DNA of 64,000 nt from Hemiscyllium ocellatum. Lineage: Eukaryota. The stretch lies in NCBI RefSeq assembly GCF_020745735.1, contig NC_083401.1, positions 144,085,740 to 144,149,739 on the forward strand, given 5' to 3'. The notes under the pieces were generated by a model. It saw nothing but the letters and a program-made list of their open reading frames with translations. It had not been told where the DNA came from and ran no database searches. The stretch's first letter is position 1, and each line of letters begins with the position of its first letter. Both the position numbers and the translations under genes were made by a program. Of this stretch, positions 60,665-64,000 are shown piece by piece.

Positions 60665-61392
60665 AAGAGTGTGAGGAATTTGGAGGATGAGAATATAGAA
60701 TGTAAATAGATGGAGTAGGGGAGGTCTAGAGTACATCTGGGGTGTATTTTTATGAAGTATAAGGGATTGGAATTTGGTGTTTAGTGTCTGAGATCTTTAA
60801 GTATAAGAATTCCAGGATAAAATAGTTTAGATGGGACTGGAATTTGAGGTATATAGAGTATAAAGGATTCACAGTGTGTGTTTAAAGTGTGAGAGCTGGA
60901 AAAGCCACAGCTTTGAACTATAGGGTTTAGAATTTGAGGTATCAAGGGTTTGGAGTTTGAGGATTTTTTGGAATGTCACGGGTTTACGCATGAGAGCTTT
61001 AGAGTTAAAAGCATTTGGAGTGTGAGGGGTTTTGTTTGCACAGCTTGAAGTATGAGAGGTTAAGTGTGAGGTGTTTGGAGTGTGAAGGGATTAAGTATGA
61101 GGAATTTGAAATATGGCAAGATTGGAACATGGAGGTTTGGAGTGTGAGGACTTGGAGTGTGAGGGCTCTGGATTGTGAAGGTTTTGGAATGTTAGAGGTT
61201 GAAGTGTGAGATGGGTCGTAATTGGGACACATTTGAGTACAAACATTTGGAGTGTGAGTGGTTTGGATTGTGAGGGATTAATATTGCAAGGTATCAGAAT
61301 TGTGAGGGGCATGGATTGTGAGGGGTTTGGAATATGAGGGGTATCAATCGGGTGGGTCAGGTTTGTGAGGGATTTGGAGTGTGAGGGCTTGG
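60665..61392. repeat. Degenerate minisatellite, unit about TTTGGAGTGTGAGGGG (15-18 bp)
   Basis: TTGGAGTGTGA(G) recurs at about 61015, 61075, 61137, 61152, 61247 and 61374, with decayed copies leftward. Confidence 0.8.
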
Positions 61393-62379
61393 TTCTTATG
61401 CTTGCTGGATGCCACAATTTTCTTTCCATGGCCTATTTAAATTCTACAGTTGAGCTCCTCCTCCATTTAAGCCTTCATGTTAGGAGTTCAACAAATAAGT
61501 CAGACAGGAAATTGCACATTTCCATAGAAAAATTAAAAGAAATATTACGATAAAATGGTAAGTGATTGCATATGTGAGGATAACAGTGAAAAGATTGAAA
61601 ATTGATACACTGCTTTTGGGTTGGTGCTGTTCACACTGATTTATATAAAACTGGTGAGATGGCTTCAAAGTAAAGAAAGTGTCCCCTGGGTAAGGCAGGG
61701 CACACGATAAAGGATACTGTCCCTACTTTGGAGTATGAGGGGTTTAGATGAACGCATGAAAGTGTACCAATTAATTTTCAGACAGTTTCCATTCATAGAA
61801 ATTAACCAGTTTAGTCCTACTGGCCAATCTGCTGACATGGACAACAGAGAATCCAAGTTTCTGGTTTCCTGTAAAGTTAGATTTAAAAGAAACACATCAA
61901 CCACAGTATCCGTTGGTTGGACCTGGCAAGTGGTAGATAACCTCAAAAGGGAAACAGGTAGAAAAAATGGACAACTTGTCACAGTGAAAAGATTATTTGT
62001 TCAAAAGATTTGCTCTTTAGCACTTGCAAGAATAGTGTAATAATTTGTGCCAATTTGTTCTCAGGATGCGGTTTACACTGGCATGGCTTTATTTAATCTT
62101 AATTGTTTTAAGATGGTGCTGGTCGGTTTTCTCCTCAAATTACCACAGTCCTTCTGATACTGGAACATGCACAATTATTGTAATTAAAGAAGACAATGTT
62201 ATTCACCCAGCCATTATGAGAAAATGCTGATATATATATATATATATATAATGATGGTGTGTGACACAGAACTTGAGTTGATGGCATTTGCAAGACTTTA
62301 ATGCTCTTCGTGGTCCCAATGGTAGAAGTCACATCAAAGTGAAATACTGCTGAAGTAATCATGGTATAATATGCAGATT

Positions 62380-62810
62380 GCAACAATGACTTGCATTTGC
62401 ATAGTGATTTGAATATAGCGAAACGTCACAATATGGTTTACAAAAGTATCAGCAAGCAAAGTTTGTCACCAAGCCAGCTTACGAAATACTGGAAGAGTTG
62501 TCCAAAAACTTGGGCAAAGTGATAATTTTTACACAGCACCTTAAAGGAGGAAAGAGATGTAAAGAGTGGAGAGGTTCAGGGAACTGAGACAAAAGAAGGC
62601 ATGAGTGAAGTGAAGGAAATCTGACGAGACAAGAGACAAGTGACAAGAGGCTGGAGCTGAGGGCCACAGAGACCTTGCAGCATGTAAGGTTGGTGACAAT
62701 TACAGAGGTAGAAAGGGGTGAGAACATAGAAGGATTTGAAAACAAGAATGAGAATTCTAAAATTGTGAACAAACTCAGAATTTGCTACATTTTTCATGGG
62801 ATAACCAGTG
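62380..62810 (-). mobile_element. L2-like LINE 3' fragment
   Basis: CAACAATGACTTGCATTT..GATTTGAAAACAAGAATGAGAATT. ORF 62576..62821 includes FRILILVFKSF. Confidence 0.72.
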
Positions 62811-63089
62811 GCACCTTGCATCCCATCTCATCACCCCTTTAAAATTCTGGCAAGCTGATCAACTGCAGTGCGAGGTGGATGTGAGAAGACTTTTCTGTTT
62901 GACACTTCGAAAGGACTACAGTGCAACAATGCTGGTAGGATGTGGTAGCAAGGTTCAATATTATGTACAATATCTACAGGACACACAGGCAAACATTACA
63001 GATCTCAGGAGCTAACAAGGTAAGGTTATCAAATGGTGCAACTGATTGGATACATTGTTCAATACACCCATCATAAGGTGTTACTGTAC

Positions 63090-63422
63090 CAGGCTCAGTG
63101 ATTGTCAATGCTGCCTCACAGCACCAGGGACCTGGTTTGTTTCCAGTCTCAGGTGGTTGTCTGTGTGGAGTTTGCACATTCTCCCCATGTCTGCTTGGGG
63201 TTCCTCCGCATGCACTGGTTTCCTCCCACAATCCAAAGATGTGCAGGTTGCATGAATCAGCCATGCTAAATTGCCCATTAGGGATGTGTAGGTTAGGGGC
63301 GTTAGTCAGGGGAAATATCGAGTAATGCAGTAAGGGAATGGGTCTGGGTGGGATATTCTTCGGAGGGTCGGTATGGACTTGTTAGGCCAAATGGTTTGTT
63401 TCCACACGGTACGAATTCTATG
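63090..63422 (+). mobile_element. HE1-type V-SINE
   Basis: GCTGCCTCACAGCACCAGGGACC; GTCTGTGTGGAGTTTGCACATTCTCCCC; ATTCTATG end. Confidence 0.92.
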
Positions 63423-63644
63423 AAATGTTACATGTTTGCTATTAATTTTACTGTACTTGGGTAAAGCAGCAAAGAAACAGCATTAGGTACTTTAGTCAAG
63501 CTCCCAGAGCTGTGATATTCAATATTTGGTTGTATTTATTGAAGTAGCAATCAATTCTATCCAAATATGTATGGAGAGGAATTGGCTACTTATTCTTAGC
63601 TAGGGTAAAAAGAATTTGTGGTAAAAGAAAAATACAGAAGAGGA

Positions 63645-63845
63645 GTGGTTTTGCAATGGTAATCCTGAGATTGAATTCAAATTCCATTATTGCAGTTTGA
63701 GAATTTTGTTTAAAAACATAGACTGGAAAGAAACCTTGTCAACAGTTAACTTACTATGGATCTGTTGGAAGTGGCTTAGCAAGCATCAAGGGATGGTAAT
63801 AAATGTCAGCCTTGCCCGTGAATCCACATTCCAAGGATAAATGTG
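63645..63845 (+). mobile_element. Decayed SINE related to 1550-2636
   Basis: TTCAAATTCCAT B-box-like motif; tail GGGATGGTAATAAATGTCAGCCTTGCC..CACATTCC. Confidence 0.5.
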
Positions 63846-64000
63846 TGAAATAAAGAGCACTGGTAGCCTTATTTGTACGTGACCCGGGTTTCCTATGGTG
63901 CAATTTGGATTCAGATATCCTTTTAGCTGTCAGATAACAGATCTGCAAATGGATTCATGCTAATCTGATGCCAGCAGAACCAACTCTCCAGAGACATTGT

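Noticed and set aside
61665-62040. Overlapping 101- and 105-aa ORFs with a possible acceptor at 61869
   Set aside because: No homology recognised and no strong donor site.

Overview
This is vertebrate nuclear DNA that is AT-rich, gene-poor and repeat-dense. The repeat content (HE1-type V-SINEs, CR1 LINEs with TTCTATG-type tails, shark-type Penelope termini) points to an elasmobranch, probably a shark; this is an inference. I cannot recognise any host protein-coding gene, so the window looks intronic or intergenic, with a few weak minus-strand exon candidates. Main content: (i) a young 5'-truncated CR1 (38369-41420, -) with a 679-aa open RT segment and two frameshifts, plus about 15 older CR1 fragments; (ii) seven HE1 SINEs, Deu-type SINEs and L2-like tails; (iii) a decayed Gmr1-like Gypsy element (integrase before RT), other Gypsy relics and a solo LTR; (iv) a pogo/Tigger-type MITE; (v) many Penelope-like element (PLE) pieces. 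The PLE set is the most interesting signal. At least four sequence families of PLE termini carry minimal hammerhead-ribozyme motifs (CTGANGA-stem II-GAAA-NUH). They occur as asymmetric fold-back insertions of about 0.1-1.6 kb, mostly non-coding, and four have 9-16 bp flanking direct repeats. PLE hammerheads and inverted pLTRs are established biology. Whether the small fold-backs are independently mobile non-autonomous elements is the open, testable question. Boundaries of old repeats are approximate (about 10-30 bp) and family names come from motif recognition, not from a database search.
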